From positions 150,230-214,229 of the IMG/VR virus record IMGVR_UViG_3300031251_000001: a DNA stretch of 64,000 bases; one strand, written 5' to 3'. Below the pieces are notes generated by a model that was given only the letters and a program-made list of their open reading frames with translations, made no database searches and was not told the origin of the DNA. Within the stretch, counting starts at the first letter, position 1; each line of letters starts with the position of its first letter. This document shows positions 44,109 through 54,344 of the stretch, piece by piece. A program made the translations under genes and the position numbers.

Positions 44109-44588
44109 TTACTCCGGGGAATAGCCGATCAGCTCGGCCAGGGACATTTGCTCTATGCCTTTTTGTTGGCAGTCGTTGCAGATGATGTAGCCCTTCATCC
44201 GTGGCTTGCCGCACTCCGGCATAACACACTTGATTGGATTGATGCTGTCGAGCAGAGCGGTGAACTCGGTGGACAAGGTGCCATCATCATTGAATACGCT
44301 CCCCACGTCATCGAACAGCAGCGGGTAGGGTTCCTTGCTGTTGTAGGCCGAGGAGAGCTTGATCACCCTCCCATGCAGCGAGCAGCGCAGGTTGCGAACG
44401 AAGAGGCAGCCATCACCCTTGTCCTGGTCGACGCGGAAGCCGGCCGAGACAGCACTGGTGAGTTGCAGCTTGAGCGGCCACTTCATGCCGGGACCGCTGT
44501 GGATGAGGAGTGCTAGTTGGCCTAAGCATTTGAGCAGCTTGGCCTCGTTGAACAAGTCGCGAGGCAGGACGCGGTCGTAGGGCATCAA
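44109..44588 (-). CDS. conserved phage hypothetical protein
   Basis: YDRVLPRDLFNEAKLLKCLGQLAL N-terminal motif. Confidence 0.6.
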   Translation of the reverse strand: MMPYDRVLPRDLFNEAKLLKCLGQLALLIHSGPGMKWPLKLQLTSAVSAGFRVDQDKGDGCLFVRNLRCSLHGRVIKLSSAYNSKEPYPLLFDDVGSVFNDDGTLSTEFTALLDSINPIKCVMPECGKPRMKGYIICNDCQQKGIEQMSLAELIGYSPE

Positions 44589-46302
44589 TTTCGCTCCCAG
44601 TAAAGCACACCTGATTGACGGAGATCTTCGTAATCGGCGTCAGACAGTTCGTCATTTCTAGCTTCTCGCAGTGCTTCACGTCTGGCGTTTGCGATGGCAG
44701 CCGCCAATCCGGTTTTAAGTTGATAGGTTCTCTTGCTAGCACCGCAGATGATGATTGGGTTCGCGGCAGTCTTCCTATCGGTGTCGCAGGATGCGACAGC
44801 TAGACGTGTGTTACCAATGACGGCGGAGAAATAGGTCTTGCCTCCTCGATTCTGTCTCTGAAAATCCACGCCATGTTTCTTGAGCAGGGTAATAGCGTTA
44901 CTCAGTTTCATGGTGCTTTCACAGTGACGACAACGGGATTGTTGCGATAGTGATTGGTCCGCACGGCCCGCGGTCCCTCATTGCCGCGTGGGCCGATCTC
45001 CAGGGAGAACAGCTCCTTGAAGCGATCGAGGATCGCCTTCTTCAGTTCTGGCTGTTCCTTATCAAAGATCTCCTGGCAACTGGAGGCTGGTCGAGAGTCG
45101 GAGCGAACGATCACTTCGACCCTGTCGCCGTCGTTGTAGAAGAAATCGATTGTCTCGCGGTTGTAACTACCCGTTGGTGGGTAGAGTGGTTCACCTTCTC
45201 GGGCCAGGGTGATCAAGGCTGGTAGTCCTTGATGAAGAATGTAATTACCAGGTGGAAGTGGTAGCGTGAGCATGGTCACTCCTTTGGGGTGAGCTCTTTG
45301 AGTTGATCAGCAGCGTAGGTCTGCAACCGCAGCCGTTCTTGTAAGTAGAGCCTGGCCTTGTGCAGTTGCTCCTCAGCGAGGGTGATATGCCTCTCTGCCT
45401 CTTTGACGGCTGCATCTGCGGTCGATTGATACCGCTGCCAGGCTTCTAGCGGAGTAAATGAGTGCATGCCGGCCAGATAGGGTCTGGATTGCATGAACCC
45501 TCCCAGAGTGGCTTCCCAGTAGGTGGTACCGTTCTCCACTCTGACGCGCTGAAAGGTGTAGGCCTTGAGCTTGTCGTCGACCACCATGTACAGTTTGTCG
45601 CCTTTGTTAGGCATGGTCATCCTTTCGGGAGTATGGTGATGGGCTGCGTGCCGACGTTTTCCCTGGCACGGGACCGCTCGATGACCTTGGTTAACTCATC
45701 AAGAGTGTCGTCACCGATGAGGATGTCCTTCTCGGTGCTGTGTTCATGACGAACGATGATGGTCACCCTGGTGTTGGATTGATCTTTGAAGCAGGGCAGG
45801 ATGCGTCTCACGATGATGGAGGCGAGTTCGACTCGCAGAGCCTGAAGGACAGGGTCCATGGTTACCTCTTCTTGTTACCACTGAGGATGAGTTCAGCTTC
45901 CAGTCGACGTGAGTTGGCATAGACCTGCTCACGGTTCTCCGGATTGAGCTTCCACATGCCGTGGAGAACTTGATTGAAAGGGCCATCTTTGTACTTCAGT
46001 TCGTCGCAGACAACGAACAGGATGGCCTCGTCGATGATGTGTTCCAGGCGTGAGGTACTGCCATACTCCAAGGGAGTGTCTGTCCTGACCATGATGACGT
46101 AGTCACCAACGCCGCGTTCGCTCTCGCTCTTGGAAACCGGTCGGCGATCGATCTTAAAGTCGGCAGCTGAGAGCTTAGTAGCGATGTTGACAACGTCGCG
46201 GGCCATGATGGGGCTGTTGAATCGATACAGTTCACGCTCGTGCATAGTTATCTTCCTTGTCGCCAACGCCGCCGGCACTCCATCTCGAAAGCCCAGGAGA
46301 GC

Positions 46303-46791
46303 TCAAAAGGAATAGGCGGGCCGTTGGCGTATCTTGGATTGTTTGACTTGCAGAGCTTGGCATACCTTGCACGTGCAGGCACCCGCAACCGTTCCAGCTC
46401 TGCTTCTTCGGCCGCGGTGAGACGGTAGCTGTCGGGCATAATGGCCATGCTGAATAAGCTCCTTATCAAGGACACAGTACACGGTGGAGACCCGGTCACC
46501 ATCCTGGTAGTCAGGGATCACGCAGCAATCGTGCTCGTTGATGAAGGCGTCGACGGCCAGGCGGCAAGTGCCGTGCGGGTAGTTAGCGACGATCTCGTCC
46601 CAGGTGTAGACCTTGGGTTCGCTGACGATAAGGGTGAACGGGCGGACATGCTCACCGAAGTAAGCTGCAGCATCAGCACAGTTGCTAAACCAAAACCCGA
46701 TGCCGCGTCCGCCCGTTAACCCTGTTCCGATCTTCCTGTCGTCGAAGTGCTCGAAGAGCGTGTCATCCCCACGATAGACGTGGTAGGTCAT
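46303..46791 (-). CDS. ADP-ribosyltransferase-fold (ART-PolyVal-like) protein
   Basis: VYRG...FEHFD...GIGFWFSN....A.YFG pattern. Confidence 0.55.
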   Translation of the reverse strand: MTYHVYRGDDTLFEHFDDRKIGTGLTGGRGIGFWFSNCADAAAYFGEHVRPFTLIVSEPKVYTWDEIVANYPHGTCRLAVDAFINEHDCCVIPDYQDGDRVSTVYCVLDKELIQHGHYARQLPSHRGRRSRAGTVAGACTCKVCQALQVKQSKIRQRPAYSF

Positions 46792-47483
46792 GCCTGCTCC
46801 TTGACTTCGACGTATTCATTACCATGGATAGGTGTCCAGTCGACCATGACCATCGGTTCGCCGACGAGTTGAAAGCCCTGGCCGGCTACATACCGCCTCA
46901 GCTTCACCACGATGGGAACGATGATGTTGTCATGCCCGCTCTCGTCCAGCCCCGGAGTGACAACATCCAGATCACCGTGCTTAGCCATGATCTTAGTCAG
47001 CTCGGTGATGGTTTCAGAGATCTTCATGTTACTCCTTGGGTGCGATCTGCCATGTAACGCTGACGACACACTCCTCGGGCTTGAAGCCAAAGGTCACCTT
47101 GAAATCACCGTTACGCTTGTTAGCGACGATCTCTTCGCGGATGATATCGACAGCCTCTTTGTGGAACTTAGCCATGTACTCTTTGTGCCGAACGGCCAGG
47201 TTCAAGTCGGAGGCGAAGCGGATGTCGTGGGCGCAGATGGTGTGAATCCATGTCGTCAGGACGGGCGACTCCACCATGGTCAAGCGGCCCTCGACATCAG
47301 TCCGCATCACCTGCAGCCGCATCTTCGGGTTTTGGTGGTTGAACATCAGCTCACGACCGGCACTGAAGACGTCTTCCCGGCTGGGGAAGGGTGGTGGGTT
47401 GAGACAGGCACTGCCGTCCTCACCCATCAAGTAAACCCTGCTGGGCTCGATGACCAGCAGGTAGTAGCGATCCTGTGCCATGG

Positions 47484-48038
47484 TTACTCCTTGGGGATGC
47501 GGTGGATCCGGCAGTAGCTGGCCAGTTCAGCCAGGGGAATACGGTCGTGGATGATGCAGCTGTACCACTTATACTTGTCAGCCCGCATCTCGTTAATCCA
47601 CTCTTCGATCTCCTGCTCGGCCTGCTCCTTGGTGTAATGCAGCGCCTCAGAGATGGGTAATAAGTCAGGCCCAAGGACCTGGAGATCACCTGGTGCTGGC
47701 ATGGGCGCTGACTCACGTTCCGGTGCCACCACAAAGGCCGACGCCGTTTTCGCGTGCGTCATAGGTACCCGTTGGTCTTCTTCCTCTTCGTAGAACCCGG
47801 GCGTGTAGGGGTGCTTCATCCAGGAGCACGGGATACCTGGCACTGGTGTCCAGGTAGTGAAGTTGTTCTGGTAGTACCAGCCCGCTCTGCGGGGGTCATT
47901 GGGAAACAGGCCCGAGAGTGAGCCAGGAACAAGGTACCGGGCGGAGAAGACCAGCTTTAGACCGAGGTCAGCGGTGCATAGCAGCACCCGCTTGTTGAGA
48001 GGGGCGTTGTCTATGCGATTCCACGACGCCATGGTCAC
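47484..48038 (-). CDS. hypothetical protein (DUF551-like)
   Basis: WNRIDNAP...VLL...SWMKHP. Confidence 0.45.
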   Translation of the reverse strand: MTMASWNRIDNAPLNKRVLLCTADLGLKLVFSARYLVPGSLSGLFPNDPRRAGWYYQNNFTTWTPVPGIPCSWMKHPYTPGFYEEEEDQRVPMTHAKTASAFVVAPERESAPMPAPGDLQVLGPDLLPISEALHYTKEQAEQEIEEWINEMRADKYKWYSCIIHDRIPLAELASYCRIHRIPKE

Positions 48039-48958
48039 TCCTTGGGTGGTTCATCAGTAGCTGTTTCATAGTCAGCGTGAGGCATCTTGCCGGGCTGCAC
48101 CTGACTGTGCTCACTCGCTGGAATGGGACAAGCCTTCTCACCGAAGTCCACCTTAGCGGCGGTCTTAGCACTGAGCGGGTGAGCGGTGCCCATCACCAGG
48201 TGCGTCGGCATGTTGGGGTGAGTGAAGACCGGCAGCTTGGGTTGCTCTGTCCAGGCCATCGGTCGACCCGGCACCAATTCATAGACGCCTGTTTGCCTGC
48301 CGGCATAGTACCAGCCATCCTGGTGGGCCGGCCACTCAGCGTCAGGACTGGCGGTGCCATCCGAGTAGTGAGCATCGTAGATGTGGCGGTTGCCGTGCTT
48401 ATCGATGGTGAGCAGGAGGATGGCACCACCTTTCTCCTTGAACTTCTTCAGACGGATATCCTCCATCGTCTTCCAGGGCCACAGCTCACCACCGTACGGG
48501 TAGTCCTTGACCTCGTTGCCGGCGTTCTTGCCGCAGTTGCTGCACACCGACTCGAACTTGCCGTTCTTGAAGGCTCTATCCTTCTCCATGAAGAACACGC
48601 CCAAACTGCGTTCACCGTCGCACGCCTTGCAGACAACATGGCGATAGAAATTGGGTTTGAGTCTGACGTAACCAGCGGCCACGGCCTCATCCTCGTCATG
48701 ACAGGCGGACAGCATGGCCTCCAAGTCGAGGGCCAGCTCGGCGAGGTGAGGGATGTGGCGGGCCGCTGCAGCGTAGGTGAATGCTGCCTTACGACAAGCG
48801 TGGATGTGCTCTGGATCACTGCCGCCACCATCCAGGCGGAGCACAAAGTAGACGGCATTACGGTCCGTGGGTGTGCCGTCAGCTTTCTGTACCACGTAGC
48901 GCTGGTGCAGGCCGGTGGGGTTCTCTTCCTGGGTCGGAATCGGGGAGTGGGAAGGCAT
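48035..48958 (-). CDS. multi-domain phage hypothetical protein
   Basis: Start MPSHSP after GGAGA; GLHQRYVVQKADG...YFVLRLD; CxxC pairs. Confidence 0.6.
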   Translation of the reverse strand: MPSHSPIPTQEENPTGLHQRYVVQKADGTPTDRNAVYFVLRLDGGGSDPEHIHACRKAAFTYAAAARHIPHLAELALDLEAMLSACHDEDEAVAAGYVRLKPNFYRHVVCKACDGERSLGVFFMEKDRAFKNGKFESVCSNCGKNAGNEVKDYPYGGELWPWKTMEDIRLKKFKEKGGAILLLTIDKHGNRHIYDAHYSDGTASPDAEWPAHQDGWYYAGRQTGVYELVPGRPMAWTEQPKLPVFTHPNMPTHLVMGTAHPLSAKTAAKVDFGEKACPIPASEHSQVQPGKMPHADYETATDEPPKE

Positions 48959-51931
48959 GGTATCTCCAATCAAATTGAGGGATTTCGTCACAGTGCTCGC
49001 AGAACAGCGAGGCATCAAAGTCACTATCCAAGTGCCACCGCTGCTCGGCGTGGCTCCAGACCACCGCATTCGTGCTGATCCAGACCTCAGCACTACCACA
49101 CTTACAGCAAACGGGATGAAGAGGAACAGAGTGACGAGCGGCGTAGCGGGTCGGGCTGGAGAACAGGTAGTAGAGGTAATCAATGATACGTTCAGGCCAG
49201 GTCAAGATCAGGAATCGGGGTGTGTTAGGTTTGAAGACGTTCCGTGGCATCGGTAGCCCTCAAGCGTTGGGAGTTGTATTGATCGATGGTTAATAGCTCA
49301 ACGAGCACACCGCAGCGGTGGCGGGCGTTGACGTTGCCGGCGACTCGGTCATACGAGTGCCCTGACCCGACGACGACCTGGAGATGATCACCGCTGCTGA
49401 TCTTCGTACCTTTGGGCAGCAACAGAGCCTTGTCATCCCACTGGAAGACCGGGGACGAAACACGATGCGAATCGGCGGGTCGGTGCGTACTGATGAGCTT
49501 AGCTTTCGGCGTGGCCATGCGGTCTCTCCGGTGCCGTGGGGACTGAGTCGATATAGCTGTTGACGAAGGTGGCCAGGTCGCCGTACTCGGCCGCGATCCG
49601 AATGCCATCGCTGGTCTGGTCACTGGTGAGGGCGTCACCCATGAGGATGAACTTGTCCGCCAGGGCACGCAGACGGGTCTTTTCTTTAGCGGTCAGTGGC
49701 GACATGGATCACCTGAAATAGTAGTAGGACAGGACGACGAACGCTGACAGCAGGGTCAGGCAAGAGAAGATGTAGCAGACGATCCCTGGCGTGGGACGTC
49801 GCTCGTTGCGCAGCACCCATCTCAGCTTGGTGTAGCTGAGTGAGTAGTAACGGGCAATGCGGTCGATGCAGTAGGACATCACGAGGATGAGGAAGACAAC
49901 GACGCCGCACACGATGACGATGTAGCCGGCGGCGAGGGCGAGTTGATCCATGGTTGGGCTCCTTAGCCCCGACCATCACGCCGGAGCCTGGTGGGTTTGC
50001 GTTTGGGTTTGGCAGGGCATGACGGTGGTATGAAACCACCGAGCTTGGCGGACAGGCCGGCTTGATATTCACCGCAAGCCTGTCGTAGTTGGTACTCGTA
50101 GTAGTCACCACGATAAGCGTTGTGTTTGCTCTCATCGTCGCCTTCGTAGCCAATCAAGCCCTCGGCGAGCAGGGTGGCGTTAATCACGGCAACGTGGTGC
50201 TTCTCGTCAAAGACGATGCCGACCATGAGGCCACGGCAGCTGGGTGTCTTGAACAGCACGACGTGGTAGGGAGCACCGTCGATGCCGTTGCGGATGTAGG
50301 TCACCTTCTTAACGGAGATCTTGATGTTTCTCATATCCCGTGTTGCTCCTTAAAGGCGGTTTTTGAAGGCGTCCACAGCGATGCTGCTTCTTGAGTAGCC
50401 ATACATACCCTGGTACAGATCGGCAGGCACGGCTATCTGTTTAAGCATCTCTTGGCGGAAGAACTCTTCCCCGCTGATGCTGTAGTCCATGGCGATCTGC
50501 TCATTGAACTGGCGGAGTTGATTGAGCATCCACAACGTGCGGAACTGCCCGGTCATCCAGGGTCTGGCGAAGTAGAACTCCATGTTGCCTTCGCACTCAA
50601 CGCGATGCTTCCAGTCCTCAATGCGGTACTTGCAGCCCAGCAGCCAGCAGTAGATGCGGTGAAACATGGTTATCCTTAGATCGGTGTTATCGCCAACAAG
50701 CGAAGAATGACACCAGCTGCTAGCTTGCCGTATTGCCGAACAGTGGTGTAGTAGGGCGATTTGCCCTCTTCTGGTCTGATGAACTCGGTGTCGAACTTGT
50801 AGATATCGAAACCGAGCTTGGTCCAGAATTGATTGATGTCGAGGTTGAAAGTGTCCTGGAACTCTTTGCGGGCCTTCACCATCTCGCGGTATCGCATCTT
50901 CTTGGTTAACGACCCAGGCAGGCGAAAGTTGCTCAACCCTGCCCACATGCGACGGTGCAGTCGGTGTAGCGCGGTGGTCTCACAGCCTTGTTTGGTTCTG
51001 GTCGCGATATAGACAGCGATGAGATCCATGTTGTTCAGGAGTCGCATGGCTGCGGCGTATCGGGCCACCTCGCACCGACCGGGAGGTTCTTTGCAAAGCA
51101 GCTTGATGGCAGCCTCGATAGACTTGCTTTGGATGGCCTTGAGCACAACCTTGACAGCGTGCTCATTGATCGAATTATCCACTTTACGCTTAGTTGCGGG
51201 CATGATTATCCTTTGTCGATGACGGCCTGCAGCTCTGCGGCTTTCGCCGTGGCCCACGCGTGTCTCTGGTTGTGGTAGGTGCAGTCATAGCCCATGGGCT
51301 CACCCATCGTGGCCTGGATGTCGTGGTAGCCGGCGATGAGCGTCCAGAACTCAGGACGCTGCACCAGGGCGGCAAGTTCCTGTTCGGAGGGCATGGGATC
51401 ACGGACCCGACTGCTGGGCGAGTCGAGATCATCGGTAGAGTTAGCCCACTCCAGTTCGTACTTATGCAGGGCGGTAGATGCCTCTTCACGGGTAACTATG
51501 CCCTGTTCGACAGCTACAGCTACGGCTTCGGAGAGCTGCTTAGGCGTACCATGCTTGGCACGCAGTTCGGATCGCTTCACACGGGGCTTGGCTGACGCCA
51601 ATGCGTCCTCACAGTAGCGCATCGCATCCTCAGAGAGGATAGGCTCGGTTGATGTCATGGCTTCTCCTCGGTGCTATAGACAGCGGACAAAGGGATGGAG
51701 GCACCGTTGTGGTCGGTCTCCTGCAGCTTGAGGAACAGGTTGGCGTACGACCGAAACCGTGGCCCGACCTGTTCCTCGTTGGGTTTGTTGAAGCTCTCAC
51801 GCAAGAGGATCTGTCGCATCTTACGATTGCCTTCCAGACGCCAGCTGGTGAACGGGTCTTTGTAGTCGGCGAGCCAGTCACGCACGAAGGCCTCGACCCA
51901 GAGGTTCCCCATCGCTTGTTGCAGCTGCATG

Positions 51932-52435
51932 TCACTCCCCTAGTTGTTCCAGTGAGTAGCCCAGGCCGCAGTAGAGCACCACGTCACCGCAGCGCTCGAG
52001 GACGCCCTCGGGGCCATGGATCTTGCCCGTCTTCTCCGACTCGCGGAGGAAGTCGATGTGCTTGTAGGCGTAGAGGCGGCAGAGCAGGATCGGGCACTCG
52101 CCGAAGTCCCGCCCGATACGGAGGAAATTGCCCAGGAACATGTGTTCCGAGGAGTAGCCCTGGCCCTTGCCGAACATGCACAGCTCAACGTAGTTGTAGA
52201 GCTCGGTGGGTTTGATGCCCTTGCGGATGGCGTACTCAGCAGCGTTGGCAGCCACCGACCACCAATGCCACGGGCCTTGCGGGCGAGTGAGTGGGTTACA
52301 ATCCCGCAGTAGCTGGAGATCAGTTCGTTCATCTCGCAAACTGTTGTGGATAAGCTCACTAGCCACATTGCCGACGAGCCGTCCGTGTACCTCGTACCTG
52401 ATGAGCTCCATCAGGGCTTTTCTGTCCTTGACCAT
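51932..52435 (-). CDS. hypothetical protein
   Basis: Start MVKDRK after AAGGA. Confidence 0.6.
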   Translation of the reverse strand: MVKDRKALMELIRYEVHGRLVGNVASELIHNSLRDERTDLQLLRDCNPLTRPQGPWHWWSVAANAAEYAIRKGIKPTELYNYVELCMFGKGQGYSSEHMFLGNFLRIGRDFGECPILLCRLYAYKHIDFLRESEKTGKIHGPEGVLERCGDVVLYCGLGYSLEQLGE

Positions 52436-52439
52436 GTGT

Positions 52440-52530
52440 GTTTCCTTCGGGGCTACGGTGTCCTGACTCGTTGATGTGCGACGAGCCTTACCTGACTCGC
52501 CGCTATTGGGAACGAACTCCCTGACAGATG
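52440..52530 (-). CRISPR. putative minimal-repeat array D (CGAGTCAGG, 29-nt period)
   Basis: Plus-strand cctgac at 52462, 52491, 52520; 20-nt spacers. Confidence 0.65.
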
Positions 52531-52596
52531 CGTTGTGCCGGCGACCACCCACCAGGAGTGCCCTGACCGGCTGTAGGCGTGTCAGACGCCCCGTGA
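52531..52596 (-). ncRNA. 66-nt scaffold element, copy D
   Basis: TCACGGGGCGTCTGACACGCCTACAGCCGGTCAGGGCACTCCTGGTGGGTGGTCGCCGGCACAACG. Confidence 0.8.
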
Positions 52597-52601
52597 ACGG
52601 A

Positions 52602-52913
52602 TTACTTGCCGTGGATCTTAGCTTCATTCATGCGAATGATCTCGTCGACGGTCATGGCACTGCGCTTGACGTTGCATTCAGCACAGGCCCAGACGAGGTT
52701 CTCACGTTCGTTGGTGCCGCCCAGGCTCAGTGGAAGGATATGTTCCACGGTTCGGCAATCGGGCGGCTGGGGGTTGGTGTTGGGCGGGTAGACCACCATG
52801 ACTTTGTCACACCAGAAGCAGAGGTCGGACTGAGGTCCTTGCTCCAGCATTTTCCGGCGTGCCTTCTGGCGTCTACCCGACTCGTTGCGCTTCCGTCTCC
52901 TCGGTGCGATCAT
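52602..52913 (-). CDS. small HNH endonuclease
   Basis: CFWC...TVEHILPLSLGGTNERENLVWACAECNVKR. Confidence 0.9.
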   Translation of the reverse strand: MIAPRRRKRNESGRRQKARRKMLEQGPQSDLCFWCDKVMVVYPPNTNPQPPDCRTVEHILPLSLGGTNERENLVWACAECNVKRSAMTVDEIIRMNEAKIHGK

Positions 52914-52938
52914 GCTTGCTTTCCGGGCGGGAGGGTTC

Positions 52939-52954
52939 CAAAATACGTATTTTG
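52939..52954. promoter_or_regulatory. 16-bp palindrome, copy 6
   Basis: Exact, intergenic. Confidence 0.85.
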
Positions 52955-53754
52955 CCGGGTGGCAGGGGACAAACTCCTGCCGTGACTATGACGTCACACC
53001 TTCGCACCAGGCAATTACCAGCCGCTGATTGAGGGTTGCATGACGAGCTTGTCGCCGATGCTGACCCTGCCTGGGCCAAACAGCTCCGGCTTGGGCTTGT
53101 CATTGATTGTGATGATGTGAGGCCAGATCTCCTCCAGGGAGACAGCCCTTTCCAGGGAATTGCGGTAGACCACATAAGCGATGTGGTTATCGCGGAGGTC
53201 ATTACGAGTGATGTAGATAGTGTTGTTCTTGGTAGCGGTGCACTCAGGTGGGGCTTCAGGTGCGATGAGGAAACCAGGTGAGCTGTTCTCAATTGATATC
53301 AGACGCAGTACGTTACTGTTGTTATCAAAGGTGTACGACTGCCCACCCGTTTTTACGATGAGCTTCCGGTCAAAACTATTCTGCTCAGTAAGTGCTTCCA
53401 GCTCCACCACAGCGTCTTGCCTCGCAATGAGGCTACCGAACGTCTCGATCCAGATCTTCATAGCTGTCTCCTTGGGTTAACCAACGCCGCCCAGCAACAC
53501 CTCGACCTCGAACAAGAACCGATCCATATCCATCTTGGGGAACATGGCCGAATCGGTGTAGGGTCCGGATCGTTTGATGCTTACACGGGGATCCTTGTTG
53601 AGTCCAGCCATGACGAACCTGGACTGGGACATCGGCCCCACCACAGTGTACCGAACGATTACCTCAGTACCAGAGGTCTTGCAGTTATCGAACTTGGGTG
53701 GGTCGTAAGCGGGGATGCGCATGTTAGTCTCCTAGTCGGGGATGTGGTGATCCG

Positions 53755-54270
53755 TTAATTCTGGGATGCAGTGAGGATCTCGCTACAGATCTGATCGATC
53801 ACCGACACCAGGGGACTGGGAGCGATGATGTCAACTTCCACGAAGATCCCATCACCAGCATCGCCTTCCTTGAGCATGCTGAGGCCGATCGTATCCAATC
53901 GCTTCGTGAACGTCCTCCAGTGTTCTCTGGGTATCTTCACTTCAACCCTGGCTAGGTCATATTCGGCCTTGACGTGCTTGAGCGGCTTCGATGCTGCCGA
54001 CTTGGATTCGATGATCGTACCAGGCGCGATTGTCAGTTTGTTACCTGTGGCCTCCGTTGCTTTGGCGAATCTGGCCATGAGATCCTTGTCGTCCATACCG
54101 GCAATGATGGTGATGGTGTGGAGTTCCCCTTGGATGCCTTGACCCCTTGCGTCAGCGTGGGGACTGAACATCTTGAAATTGCCACGTTGCATAGTGTCAC
54201 AGTCTTCACGGGTTAGACCGATGAACACCATGTAACCTTTGGCCCCGTCATCAGCGTACGCTTTAAGCAT
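53755..54270 (-). CDS. hypothetical protein
   Basis: AAGGAG RBS. Confidence 0.6.
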   Translation of the reverse strand: MLKAYADDGAKGYMVFIGLTREDCDTMQRGNFKMFSPHADARGQGIQGELHTITIIAGMDDKDLMARFAKATEATGNKLTIAPGTIIESKSAASKPLKHVKAEYDLARVEVKIPREHWRTFTKRLDTIGLSMLKEGDAGDGIFVEVDIIAPSPLVSVIDQICSEILTASQN

Positions 54271-54286
54271 GTCTTTCTCCTTGGTG

Positions 54287-54323
54287 AAAACGAAAAGGCC
54301 CGCACCAGTGAGGATGCGGGCCT
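54287..54323 (-). terminator. intrinsic terminator
   Basis: AGGCCCGCA-loop-TGCGGGCCT followed by TTTCGTTTT. Confidence 0.8.
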
Positions 54324-54344
54324 GTTAGCTCTCTTCTTTAACTA

